The notes beneath the pieces were generated by a model. It searched no databases. It was given only the letters and a program-made list of their open reading frames with translations, and was not told where the DNA came from. From Balanoglossus misakiensis (taxonomy: Eukaryota > Animalia > Hemichordata), in contig CM082591.2 in assembly GCA_040954595.2 (NCBI GenBank), forward strand, positions 4,991,009 through 5,055,008: DNA of 64,000 nt, read 5' to 3'. A program made the translations under genes and the position numbers. Positions 1 through 12,279 of the stretch are shown here, piece after piece. Numbering within the stretch: position 1 is the first letter of the stretch; each line of letters starts with the position of its first letter.

Positions 1-714
1 TTGTGTGGATTCGACAAAGTATCACATACGTACCTGCGGTTGGTTATACGAGTTTAGCACCGTTCAAAGTCACGCGGATGAAGTGAATTAGCGAACATCA
101 CGGCAAAAGAAAGAGTGTGGGGTTGATCTTGTCACTATTAAAGCTACAAGAAATGGGCTACTGATAAGTACTTGTTTAATCAGTTGCTTGGCGGGTATTT
201 TGATATAATGGCGATGACACGCCACCGTTTTACACGCAATAAAGATATCGACGATGCTCCGTCAGATAACGCGCGCCCAATAAGCGTTTCTGACGTCACC
301 ACGGGTTATGGTTGTTATTTTAACATATGGTTTATGGTGTTTTCTATTGATCATGGTATACTATGACTCCTAGACCGTTTTGCTTCATCTTTATTTTATA
401 CATAACTGTTCGCTTGTAGCGATCTTTATCCGGTATGACCGTGAATTTTGACGGGTTGTAATCTGCGCGGATATGGAACCCGTCGACACGAATTTAACGC
501 CAGCTTAGGAGATCCTATCTACGACATCTCGCGGGACTCCCTCCGCAGTTTGAATCACCTCCCGCGAGACCCGCCACCTCAGCGATCGCCCTTGATCAGC
601 AAGTTGTGCCTGCATTTGCATAAATCATGCAACTTTCGAAGTGGTTGTCCCGTCTGTCGTCATACTGACACGATGGGTGACGTAGACGGCACGTCGTTAC
701 TGGACTCCAGGAGT

Positions 715-844
715 GATAAAAAGGGCCCACATTTGCATTTGCCTAATCAGTATCTGCGCACTTTAAGTAACTAAGCACATCACTGCATATACAGGCTATT
801 CTCACGCTTACCACTCTCTTGCAGCAAGCGTAGTTCAGGTAAGT
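715..844 (+). promoter_or_regulatory. Candidate core promoter and non-coding first exon (~749-838), probably of precursor 1
   Basis: GATAAAAAG at 715, Inr-like TCAGT at 747-751, perfect donor CAG|GTAAGT at 839. Upstream are a CRE (TGACGTCA 291-298) and octamer-type ATTTGCAT motifs (~614, ~731). The link to the 5312 exon is inferred. Confidence 0.45.
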
Positions 845-2367
845 CCTAAGATTATTTCTCCTTCTCGATTACAGTTATATAGAAGGGCAAGTCCTTCAGC
901 GATTTCTCATTTCCCATAACGAGTAGTAAAAGAATAGTGCAGTTCAGTCAATTCCTTCAATGATTTTTCATTCCCAATTACACTTTCATAAAAAGACGTG
1001 TAAATTTACTTTATTAATACACATAGCCTATGGGCAATGTTTGTGTTACTTTCAAAATGTACGCCTAATTATGATTAAAGCAGAAATTACTGAAACAATA
1101 CACAGGGTAGTTTAGCATGTTTTCTTTTACAGTGAAGAAATGTGTTGAAACAGAATGAGAAGACTCCTTGTGTCCTTTGTCCAAAATCCAACCGTAGAAC
1201 GATATTGCTTTTTCGGAATTCAAAGAAACTACTTGTTTTTCAGTATAAATATTTAGAATCAGTTTTCTTTCTACAAAAATTCTTCTATATTGCAAATTTT
1301 TCAACAAATTTTGGCAAAATGTTCAAATTTAAACTACATGTACTTTACTCAATGTTAAGCAATTGCAAACTATGTCTTCCTAAGAGTATTGGAAGAACGT
1401 GAGTTTTTACTAAAATAGTTTGAGAGGGGACTGGTTACCACCCAGTTTTCGAAGAAATTGATCACATAGTTTTTTAACTATAAGATCACGCTATATAACA
1501 GCGGTAATCATCACCGCCTCACTGTGCACGCACGTTTTAGCATCGGATTCGCAATGTTGGTTCAGAGGTGAGGCATATAACGTGCTTATCGGGGAAACTT
1601 TCGCTGAAAACTTCAGACATTTTGCAGCAAGGCGTGATCGGTGTAATTCGCTGACGCAGATTTGTATCCCGTCAAGTGAAAAAACGGTGTCGGATCACGC
1701 CAAGAGCAACCTTCATGATATTTCGCAGAACACCGCAGAACCTTTGAACTGAGAGTGGGTATAGTGGAGTTAATATGTACTTTGTGATAATATGATCTCG
1801 AAAATAGCCTGGAACTATTATTACATTTCACTGTTCTACGTCTATATTCGTTTTAAAAAGCTGCAAATCTAAGATTTTGTTTTTCTGAAAAACAAGCAAT
1901 TGAAAAAATATCAATGCAGTTTTAATACAAGTCAGTATATGTACGATATTCGCTCAAAGGGAATCAGTACAACTTTAGAAAAGGGATGGCGAGTGTACTT
2001 TAGTGAGTAAATCTCTAAATTAAAATTATTTATGTAGAAATAACAAGATTTGATTTGCCTCTGCCTTCACATCTCCTTCTTGGGCTGATTAGCATAACCG
2101 TGACGTCATTCTGGCCTTTCAGTAATAATCGAATCGAAGGAACCAGTTGCTTGGGAAGATCTAATTTTGCTTTTGAAACCGAACAATAGGCCGAGTCCAG
2201 CATGACGCTAAGCAACATGCGAATTAATCAAAACTATGCCCCGCGTTTCCTTTCATATTACGTTGTTAGAGTGATTTGCATTGGCGTTTCCGGATACCGC
2301 CCGTTTGATTAAGATACTGAAACTCAGAAACGGCGCCTATGGAAACGGCTGTGCGAGGATTGTTTAA

Positions 2368-2582
2368 CCCTTTCAACGCCATAGTCAACTTGTCATCATT
2401 TTTCACAAAATTAACCTCATAAATTTTACCATATTTTTTCTAACATTTTGATCAAGACCTGTAGACAATGGAAAATTATGTCCACTTGGTCTAAAATTAA
2501 GGGAAAAAATTGGGGTAAAAGTGTGAAAATGATAAAAATGTTGCACCACATTTCGACAGTGATAAATGTGGCATTCAATGGG
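2368..2582. mobile_element. piggyBac-type MITE (TTAA target duplication, CCC...GGG ends)
   Basis: TTAA at 2364-2367 and 2583-2586. Imperfect TIR: CCCTTTCAACGCCA versus reverse complement CCCATTGAATGCCA. Confidence 0.6.
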
Positions 2583-5319
2583 TTAAACACAGGCGGAAAA
2601 GTTGAATTGTATTTGTTCAATCACAGTCCCTCTTGAAGGACTGTGGTTCAATGTTGTTAAAAAGTACACTCTGTTCGAGATCTGATACTCATGCTTAAAC
2701 CGCGATAGCCACTTTACATTGGGAGTTATATGACGATGAAGATAATTGTCGATGCTTTACGAGCTGATGTGCTATCAATGTAAACTAGATCGCTGGCGCT
2801 AGTTTCAAATACTAAGTTATCATTACATATGAGTACATATATTATAACTTTATGCATCGAAAATTGACTTGTCTTCGGTCACGCTAAATAAGTCAATGTG
2901 GCCATTTTGTTTGACTTCGAAATAGCCAATAGATCCTACACAAATTTAGATTCTTACTCCAGTTGTATGATATTGCTGTATAAGAGACGGCATTTTCTTA
3001 CATCTTTTTCTTACATGAATATATTAATCATTAATATGATGAACTTTTTCAAAAAGCCTGCGACGATTACTAAGGGGCTATAAAGAGCACTGAGAACCAT
3101 TTAATGCTAACCATAAAAATTCAAATAATGGACTCCATTATCAGTCATCGAATTTAACTGACTTGCATCAAAAATTGCGCACCCGCGAAATGACCGTTTA
3201 GGCATCGACGCATGTTTACAAAAAAAACCCACAAAACACTTAAGACAACTATAAACATTTTGCGCGTCAAAATATATGGTCCATTACTCCCTATTAAAAT
3301 AGATTCATATAATTTATTCATTAAGAGGACTACTCTTACTGACTTTAATAGTAACTGTGAATGTTTGTTTCGAAAACACAATGAACATAAAATGAAGCCG
3401 TTTATATTTACCACCAAAGTAATGTCTTCCGTTTTCTAATGCATGTGGCCTTTATTAACGACACTATACGATACACTATAGTTGGATGTTTGAAGTCGTG
3501 TCTAAACTGGAAGATTTGCCCGGACAAGGAGCCCATCTTTTATTAAGTACAGTGAGAAGTAGCCCCCTGGAGATTCTTGGTTTAGTAAGACATTTTTCTA
3601 CAAACACTACAGTCTACTAGAGTAAACGTATATACGAAGTCCACTGGCAACTCTTTTTTCAGTATTTACGAGCATAGAATCCTACTATAATATATGAGAA
3701 CATGTACAGGTACATACATTGTGTGCAAAAGTAACTCGGCCTGTGAGCGTTGTTAGAATTAACCCGTCGCTTGCGCTAGAACCCAGTGAGTTATGCCCTT
3801 TCTTATATTTTACGACGGGACCTATTATGTATGCCACATACTCGACGGCCTTAATGCCTTCTTCATTGTCCGTGTTTAGCCGTTGAGGCGAACTGTCACT
3901 GCGGCTATGGTTATGTCTATTTATGCTTTTGCAATGTCGTTTCCAAATCCCCTTTTATGCAACGGTGGGCGGTTTCACCAAATCCGTTCTAATGGAGCGT
4001 TAAAAACCCTCACGCCTTTACGTTGTCAGAATTGTGACTAAGACTCGGATACTTACTACCTATACATACATGATGAGGAAACAACTGAAACTTGTCGTGA
4101 TCACCAGTTGCTTAGAGCACCGTGTTTCTTGGCGACGGCATTTCTATAGAAATATACAAGATTTGTGGGGAAATTCACATGAGTTTGTAAAAAGCATCAC
4201 AAAACCTAGTTTAAGTAAGGACATTTTTCCCACATAGTGTATTGGAATATTTGCAGTGGGACCTGAAGTATAATGGCAGGTTATTTTACTTATAGGCTAA
4301 CCTTGATCGTAATCACATAGGTCTTCCCAAACGCCTTGAAGGTATATTAAGACGCGAAATTATTCGATTATTTTTCATCTGATCTGACTCCAGCGAAGAG
4401 ACTGGGCATCACACCGGCTCCAAAATAATATCGAAATCTTATCTTCACCTCGAAGAGGGGCTTCTGGTAATTATGCCCCCTCGCTCAAGCCCTCGCATAC
4501 CATCGAAATATGATTTGGGAGTCGTGAAAAATCTTCCCTCCGCCACTTCAAAGGCTTTGATTAATTATATGTCGAGACCCGCGGCGCGTTTCTGATATCG
4601 AGTCGTGTTGTACCGGGCGGTGAGAGCGGAGCAGATTGTGTCTCGATTAGATTAGATTAGATAGAGCGAGGGAAATTGAAACGGCCCCCACGCGCGAACC
4701 ACGAGGAAATGAGCTGGTGTTGCTGACAATCAGTGAAAGGGGGGTATATATGCTTTCACGTTTTAAACCCAATCGACGCAATGCAAACTTAATCCGGCAG
4801 CGGCTTCAATTGTGTCCCTCTGCGTCTTTGCGCAAAGCCATAGCGTCCCTAGAATCCACTACGTCACGAAACAATCGCTTCCCTTTAAATAACAACACTA
4901 AACGTATGAGAACATAAAGTTATCGTTGATTATACCAAGACGTGACGCTATTGCTGCGTTCTTTGCATTATTGTACTAGACACTCTTGGCGTAATACTTT
5001 ACTAACGTTCTAACGGCAAGTAGCCAACATCCTTAATGAGTATTCAGATTCAATTAATAATTAATGACGTTTGCGCCTTGATATGTTCAGACATAAGTCT
5101 TATACGTATATCCGGTGGCATATAACATCTTAATAGGAAAATACTCATGTCTCAGAGATACAATGGTGAACATTACGCTTCACCTTTGGTATTGAGGAAT
5201 GAAACTGAAAGCCTTTTGGCAAAGTCACAAACTGTGAGTCCTTCTGTCTGTGGTTATGAAAGAAATTGTGTTATACTGAGCTTTGTGTGTGCGTCTATCT
5301 TTTCTTTGCAGATCACAAA

Positions 5320-5431
5320 ATGGTTACAAAAAGCACCGTGTTTGCATTTGCCTTGGTGGTGTTTACATGCTCGTTGTTGGACCAAACAGAAGCAGGACGA
5401 TCGAGAAGGCCTGGAAGTAGGCCCATATGCC
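5320..5431 (+). CDS. Precursor 1 coding exon 1 (signal peptide and start of mature peptide)
   Basis: Acceptor tcttttctttgcag ending at 5311, AAAATGG start context, hydrophobic core VFAFALVVFTCSLL, cleavage-like TEA|G, phase-1 donor C|GTAAGT at 5432. Confidence 0.85.
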
Positions 5432-7671
5432 GTAAGTGTATAAAATCCTATCTAAGAACCATGGTGATCGTCGCGCATGTATAAAATCCTATTTAAGAAC
5501 CTTGGTGATCATTGCCAATGTATAAAATCCTATTTAAGAACCTTGTTGACATCGCCCATGTATAAAATCCTATTTAAGAACCTTGTTGACATCGCCCATG
5601 TATAAAATCCTATTTAAGAACCTCTGTGATCGTTGCCCATGTATAAAATCCTATTTAAGAACCTTGGTGACATCGGCTATGTATAAAATCCTATTTAAGA
5701 ACCTTGATGACATCGGCTATGTACAAAATCCTATTTAAGAACCTTGGTGATCTGCACCCATGTATAAAATCCTATTTAAGAACCTTGGTGACATCGGCCA
5801 TGTATTAAATCCTATCTAAGAACCTTAGTGATCGTCGCCCATGTATAAAATCCTATTTAAGAACCTTGGTGACATCGGCCATGTATTAAATCCTATCTAA
5901 GAACCTTAGTGATCGTCGCCCATGTATAAAATCCTATTTAAGAACCTTGGTGACATCAGCCATGTATATCTAATTCCAAACTAACCAATAGGGCTAGAGG
6001 TCTGGTTTTGGTTGGACTTGGCCCACTATGGGGTCAAAATTTTATGCCTACATTTTGGGTGACCTTTGACCTACTTTTCCATGTCTGTAACGGAGTCTTA
6101 CATGTTACCTCATTAATTATGCAAATATCTAATTCCAAGGTAACGAACAGGGCTAGAGGTTGGGTCTTTGTTGGACATTGACCAGTTTTGCCGAAATTTT
6201 GGGTGACCTCAGGTGACCTTTGACCTACTTTCCCATACCTTGGTATTCACAGCATATGCAGCCTTGGCATTCGCTGGTTACCATGGGAACCGCTTGTGCC
6301 CCGCCAACGCTGCTTGCAGCTTTAATTACCTTTTCTTTTTTGTGTGTTTTTCTAGCCCCCGGAGCAAGTCCAAATGAACTCCACTGCAGTCCCCGAGGCG
6401 CACAGAGGGGTCAACAATATGCTCTGCCACAAACACTTATAGGTAAAAGAATCTGGCAAGCGGTAAGTTAGAGCATGGAGCTACCTCCATATTCATAGCA
6501 AGCATTTATGCCTATTGCTCTGAGCTTCATATTTAGATTTTCGGTCAATAGAGGTAGTACATGGCCAATACGTTTTCTCACATTTTGGAGAAGGCAACTT
6601 TAGATTACTCTCGGTTAAAATTGAGAATAAACATTGGAGGTCACCGAAGAAAGCTGGTCATGATATTGCTAGTTTTGTAAAATGGTAATAATAATTATTG
6701 TCTTTCGGATAACAGAATCTCTACACACAAACAACTTATATATCTGGCATTAAAACGAAGACAAAATCATTCTTTGTGTTTGCGTCCTGTCTTACGTCAT
6801 TTACTGCATTCTTTCCCAATTTTATAGATTGGATCAAGCGGCAGCGACAATGAAAACCAAACGAACGATTTCATTGACATTGAAAGGCTCACACTTGCAC
6901 AAGTTAAAGAACTACTCTCTTACTTTTTGGAAAATTACGGTAAGTTCGTATTTTTTTCTTTACTAAACGAGGCAACGCAACAATAAGACGTGGAATTTTG
7001 CCTGACACAAACGCATAAAGGTGGAAGCAATAGTTCCCGCCCTCAACGGCCAATATTGAGGAAATGTCAACTATCGTCTTGTGTACTAGTAATTTACCCT
7101 ATGAACTGTCCACACCATGCACCAGGCGAACCAAATGTTGTTGCATGCTTCCAATAATATGCCTTTGGTGAGTACAAACACGAAAGGCACAATGGAAAAC
7201 CTGAGAATTTGTCGATTTGTGTCTTGAAGGCAACAATATATTTATAAAATACAGTCACGTATTTGTATCCCTGGCTTAGGGAGCTTTGAAGGCCAACACG
7301 GAATGTGGACAGCGCCCTCGAACGGCGCAACTTTGAACCAACTTCCGTTTTTTCTGTTTGTTTGTTTGTCTGTCTTTCTTTCTTTCTCCCTCTCTCTCTC
7401 TGACTTTCTTTCTTTCTTTCTTTCTTACTTTTTCTTTCTTTCCTTTTATCTTTCTTTCATTTTTTCCCTCCCTTCCTGTCTTTCATTCCTTTCTTCCTTC
7501 CTGTCTTTCTTTCTTTCTTTCTTCAGTGTCAAATGACGTTTTTACCCGCGGGAATTATATCTAAACATTATTACTATTATTTTTGTTATTACTATCATTA
7601 TGATTATTATCAATGCAGGTTTCGAAGGCATTTATCAAGATGGATTCTTCGCCTCATCTGAAGATAAATAG
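5320..7671 (+). CDS. Neuropeptide precursor 1 (127 aa, 4 coding exons): signal peptide, Cys-pair amidated peptide, acidic C-terminal extension
   Basis: join(5320..5431,6356..6462,6828..6939,7619..7671). All three donors are GTAAGT, acceptors are pyrimidine/T-rich and end in AG, and phases 1/0/1 join without a stop. Protein: MVTKSTVFAFALVVFTCSLLDQTEA-GRSRRPGSRPICPPGASPNELHCSPRGAQRGQQYALPQTLI-GKR-IWQAIGSSGSDNENQTNDFIDIERLTLAQVKELLSYFLENYGFEGIYQDGFFASSEDK*. AATAAA at 7769. Confidence 0.85.
5437..5967. repeat. Minisatellite, ~13 copies of a 40-41 bp unit, inside the first coding intron of precursor 1
   Basis: Unit ~CATGTATAAAATCCTATTTAAGAACCTTGGTGACATCGCC. The 81-bp dimers at 5761 and 5842 are identical. 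Confidence 0.95.
5966..6327. mobile_element. Non-autonomous repeat remnant (possibly Helitron/Helentron-associated) with an internal duplication
   Basis: Two diverged copies of TATCTAATTCCAA...GGGCTAGAGG...TTTTGGGTGACC...TTTGACCTACTTT (~5966 and ~6126). Ends in GCTGCTTGCAGCTTTAATT, a terminus I recognise from aquatic-animal non-autonomous elements. Superfamily uncertain. Confidence 0.45.
6356..6462 (+). CDS. Precursor 1 coding exon 2 (rest of mature peptide and GKR amidation/cleavage site)
   Basis: Acceptor ttttttgtgtgtttttctag, donor GCG|GTAAGT at 6463. Encodes (P)PGASPNELHCSPRGAQRGQQYALPQTLIGKRIWQA. Confidence 0.85.
6828..6939 (+). CDS. Precursor 1 coding exon 3 (acidic/amphipathic C-terminal peptide)
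   Basis: Acceptor ctttcccaattttatag, donor ACG|GTAAGT at 6940, open in phase 0. Confidence 0.8.
7348..7524. repeat. (CTTT)n/(CT)n pyrimidine-rich microsatellite
   Basis: Direct inspection. Explains the low-complexity ORFs at 7303 and 7358. Confidence 0.9.
7619..7671 (+). CDS. Precursor 1 terminal coding exon
   Basis: Acceptor aatgcag ending at 7618, phase-1 compatible, encodes (G)FEGIYQDGFFASSEDK*, AATAAA ~100 nt downstream. An alternative acceptor at 7527 would give VSNDVFTRGNYI*. Confidence 0.65.
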
Positions 7672-10600
7672 TACAAAACATCTACGTACTCACAAAGAAA
7701 ACTTCTTTTGATTTCTTCTATATGTCAAAATTGATAATATTTTAAGGACTCATTATTTTCTCAAATACAATAAAAACGATATTTTTGTCTGGACCTTGTT
7801 AGTTTGTATTTCTGAAATATGCTGCTGCGTGATTGCGGAGGACGGGGTGACAATTCGGGCTCTAGACTTATGAAAACGGTGTATTCAATCGTACAAACTC
7901 TCCGATGTGGTAGTTATCCTTGCCATTTGTACCTGACAACGTTGGTCAGTATATTCCACCATTTGTCCAGCTCAAACCGTTTTCTTTCGCCGGAGTTCCA
8001 AGCACCACTTAGCGTTGTTGTTTTTTTGCACAACATGACTTCGAGTGTCCGTTTATGGTTTTATCACGAAGGTGTCGCTTTAAATGGGGCCCTTTACTTT
8101 TGAGAAACACCAAGGAGAGAGAGAGAGAGCTCGGGCTCAAGTGAACGTGATTTTGCTTGTCACCTCACTCTCTTGCACGCCCATTCGACCGTACAAACTT
8201 TCCGATATGGAAAACTACCTTGCCCTAAGTAACAACGTTGATCAAAGGTATATAGTCACCTCTGCACGGCAAATTGAACCAATGTTCCCATAGAAAATCG
8301 AAATATGGCCAATCACAGCCTGTTTCCTTTAGAGAAGGGTTAATTTTATTTAACATTTCTTGTGGTAGTAGATGCAGAAAAAAATGATTAGATGATATTA
8401 CAACACGGGCAAGACAAGCCATCTCGTGTATTATATACTAGTATATCTTGCCTTTCTCAGTTAGACACGCAGCGTGTACAGCGCACACCCCCCTCCCCCA
8501 CCCGATAAGTCAAAGTCCACTGATGGCAAATTCGTGCAAAGGCGTCTCCATCTGAAATTTTAACGTCTTGCGTCATTCGTATTACGCCAAACTGGCTGAC
8601 CAGAGAATTTCCTACTTCTTATACAAAAGAAAAAAACAATAATACAGGTAATTTTTAGATGCGGAGAAACAGGTGGTCGTACATGTATTTGTGAATAAAC
8701 AACCACTAATGAGGCAAACTACAATGGACGATTAAGGATCGTTCTCACGTCACGATCGGAGGCTAAATTTATCCACACGCAGTGTTGTGTTCATAGAATT
8801 CCAGTTCTACTTTCGTTTCGTCGTCATTTGGGGTACTCTTAGAGAAAGGCGTACGGATATTTGCCGACCGGATGGAAAATAAATTCTGGTTTGGTTCTAT
8901 GAGGAACCCTAACATTGGTCAATGCCTGAATAGAATGTTATTTAACCAATAACTGCATAATGTCCACATCTACTGACACTTCTCTATGTGATCACACGAC
9001 TGTCGGGTCACTATTGTATATGTAAACACTGAGTACAAATACTGCATTCGAACTTGCTTATTTTAAAAGCTGTTTACTAAAAGTAAGAGTTTCTGGAATA
9101 AATCTCCCGGGAATGAAGAATGTTGTCTAACAAGTTAATGATGTACAGTGTGTCTGGTTATTAGACTTACAGTCAACGGAGTGTATAAGGCCCGTCCAAT
9201 ACTGGCTACTCAAACTATGGAAGTATACTCAGCTTAATCCACCACCCATACCGTACCAGGTGGTACCCCCACATACTTAAATAAAACGATATTATTGGTT
9301 TACCTGGAAAATACAGGAAATCAGCAGAAAACTGTGGAGTGAATCGTGAGCGTCAAGAACAACTGACGTCACGGGCGTTTTGCTGCCTCCGTGTGAAGAT
9401 GGTAACCTTAGCTGAAAAAGAAGGTAAATGAACGCGGACATCTGGTTAAGTAGCGGGCGTGACTACTCTTCGTGACACTGTCGATTTGTGAAGTAGTCGT
9501 TCGGGTGAAAAGAGGGAAGCGTTAATGATGGTTAGTGTGAAGACAGCATATGGTTCATAACAGATGGGACGGCGATGCATGAGAGAACAAAAGGGTTGTC
9601 TGAAGGAGAACAGCTGTTTGGGCTGATTGGTTGTTGTGCAGATCAGGATTGAGGCGGCAGAGAGATTGATTGAGACCGAGGGGTAGGGATGGGAACATTG
9701 GGGGAGGGAGGGAGGGATGTGAACATGGTACGATCCAACTGCATTGGCCGACATATAAGGACGTAAATCGCTTTGCTCCCTCGTAGAAATTTGTCTAACA
9801 TATCTAATAATTTTTTCTTCAATATAGGAGGGGTGTTCTTCGAGTGACAGAAACTAATATTGGAAGTTGACATCAAAAATTCACAGGTCGAAGTTGCCTT
9901 CGGCAAAATATGAAAAAAAGAGGGTTTAAAGACGTTGATTTTCGAGGTGCATAACACCTTCACTATACAAGAAGGTGAGACAAGTAATTGGGCTGGGGGA
10001 GGGGGGGCTACCGATTGACGGATTCGCCAGCCACGAACAAATGTGTATCGCCTTGTTGATCATTTCCTGATACAATTGGCAATGCCCTGCCTTGTTTGCG
10101 ACTGTCATGTCTCCCGGGGAAAGTGAATACAGTGTACCAAGACACAACGTGGACGACAACGTGTACAGATCAAGCGACCTGGCTTTATTGCGTTGGCCCT
10201 GACTAAGCGACCATACAGCTACAATCAGAGACTGATAATATGGTTCTATACACTCATCAGTTAGCCCGTTGTAATGGACCATTGTATGTTTGAAAGTGAA
10301 CTTCTGAAAATAGTACAAAAAAGTGGCAGCTTTCGAGGCTTTAAAGTCACGACGCTAAATTATTAACCCCCCATAGAAAGACAACAGTCACATTTACGTC
10401 ATTAAATCGTTCATAACATTTCTAAAATTAAACAGTACAGATGTAAAGGGAGAATTTACAACATACAAACGACAAAGCGATTCTTAAATCACCAATAAAT
10501 TAACTACTTTTGTACGTTCGCCCCCGTTGATGCTTTCATTATAGGATGACATTTCCTGTCCTAACTAACCCATAGCATTATGAACTATACACGTGCCAAT

Positions 10601-12279
10601 TAAAATATAAAAAAAAACGAATGTTAAAGACAATTATGATATCCTTTGGCAGAGTCTAGTCACTGCGTGCGTCAAATCCACAGCAAACTTCCTTAAATTG
10701 GATTGAAGGAAAGGTTTTCGATGGAATACAAACCTATGTCTCAAACCAGGCAAAATGATTAACTTAAGAGTGAAAGGGTCAAACGTTGAAAGTAGTGTCA
10801 TGTTAGCAGGATATGTATGACTTTGCTTGACATTTTGAAAAGTCAAGCACAGCGATGATTGGAGACAGGTGTATAGACATGCAACAGACTGTGACTGATT
10901 GAAATGGGGAGATAGCCGTGGAAAAGCCACGCTTACAGCACGCTTTAAGCATGTGGATGATGAAAGTCTTCCGTATTGACACGTGTGGAGCAAAGCAGCT
11001 GCACTGTCGCACCATTGGGGGTTTCTGTACAACCACATTATTTTTCGAATTTGCCCATTTTTACAGTTTTCACTATTTCATTTGCATGGCAAATTTTCAA
11101 TTGACTCTCCTTGTAGGGATAATTTCTCATATATTGCAGCTCACGTGGCTTTAATGACTTGCTAATGCATGTTTGATAACTAATTTCTATACAAGTGAAA
11201 ACTAATGCACGAGTCTCTACAACGTCACATGTATGGCCATGTGGATATTGACTCCTCCCATACGATTACATTGAGAGTTGCTTAAAAAATTATACTGTTG
11301 CTATATTCATGAAGTTTTAAACATAGCTCAGTCAAATGAAATCAATGTAGTGGTCGAAAAAACATAATCACTGTGCTCTATTTGAGATAAACTTTACTGA
11401 ATTGTTTTGCCCAAAGCATTGGTGAAAAATACCGAACCGGCGGTTTTTTGGTCCATTATCGACTATTTTCGCTTCCTTGTTTTTCAAAATGAGCATATTT
11501 CCCTTATTTTTAGTACGATTTTTATACTTATGAAGGAGAATTACAAAAAAATCCACAATTAAAAGAGATGACAATAATTTCAATTTTACTGGTCGTATAC
11601 TTCATAGGATTAACATGTGGTTATTTTTGCAAATGAAAGATGGCGTCAACTGAGCAGAGATATTATATTTTCGGTTGTGACGCCCACCGAGTGGTCGTTT
11701 CGTATTATCAATTGGAAAAGTTACTATATGATTATTCGAAGTGCTTAACAGTAAACAAGCTCCAGAACAAACTCATGCATTATTTCTGCCAACCACCTCT
11801 GCGAAGAATTTGCGGCTTATTTAACCTTTGACCTCGCAAAGTATGTTGTTGAGCAGCCAGACCGAGCTTCGCGAACGCTCAGAGTTCCTCTCAACTCCGA
11901 ACTTTTCCTCTTGCAAGTATTTGCCGACTCAATTACGATCAATCACCACGGAGCTTCCACAGGGGTTGCGAGGGAAAAGGATACACGGGCATGGGTCGCG
12001 AGAGGTCATCGCAAATTGAAGACGAGAGACCCCTGGTATTCCTCGCAAGATGTGGACCCATGAGGGGGTGCGGCAAGCTATTCATTAACAGTCCTCACAG
12101 CACGTGCGAGTCATACACACTCCCGTCTGTAAGTACAGTGTACATCTACAGTTAATCTAAACGATCTGGGCGCTATGTGTATCCGCTTTCCCTCAAAGGA
12201 CCCCAACCTCTCTTACTCTATTCAACTGGATTACTCGCACAACTTCCATCCCGTGTTTTAACATCACCACCTATACTAC

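Noticed and set aside
5437-5967. Regular ~40-bp periodic array as a CRISPR array
   Set aside because: The units are near-identical along their whole length with no unique spacers, there are no cas genes, and the context is a eukaryotic intron.
7307-7325. GGACAGCGCC as an RE1/NRSE site (overlapping a CTCF-like GCGCCCTC)
   Set aside because: Only the right half-site matches, the left half and spacing are poor, and one short motif is not supportable.
9926-11038. Minus-strand ORFs of 130 and 134 aa
   Set aside because: No recognisable domain, no consistent splice model, non-ATG starts.
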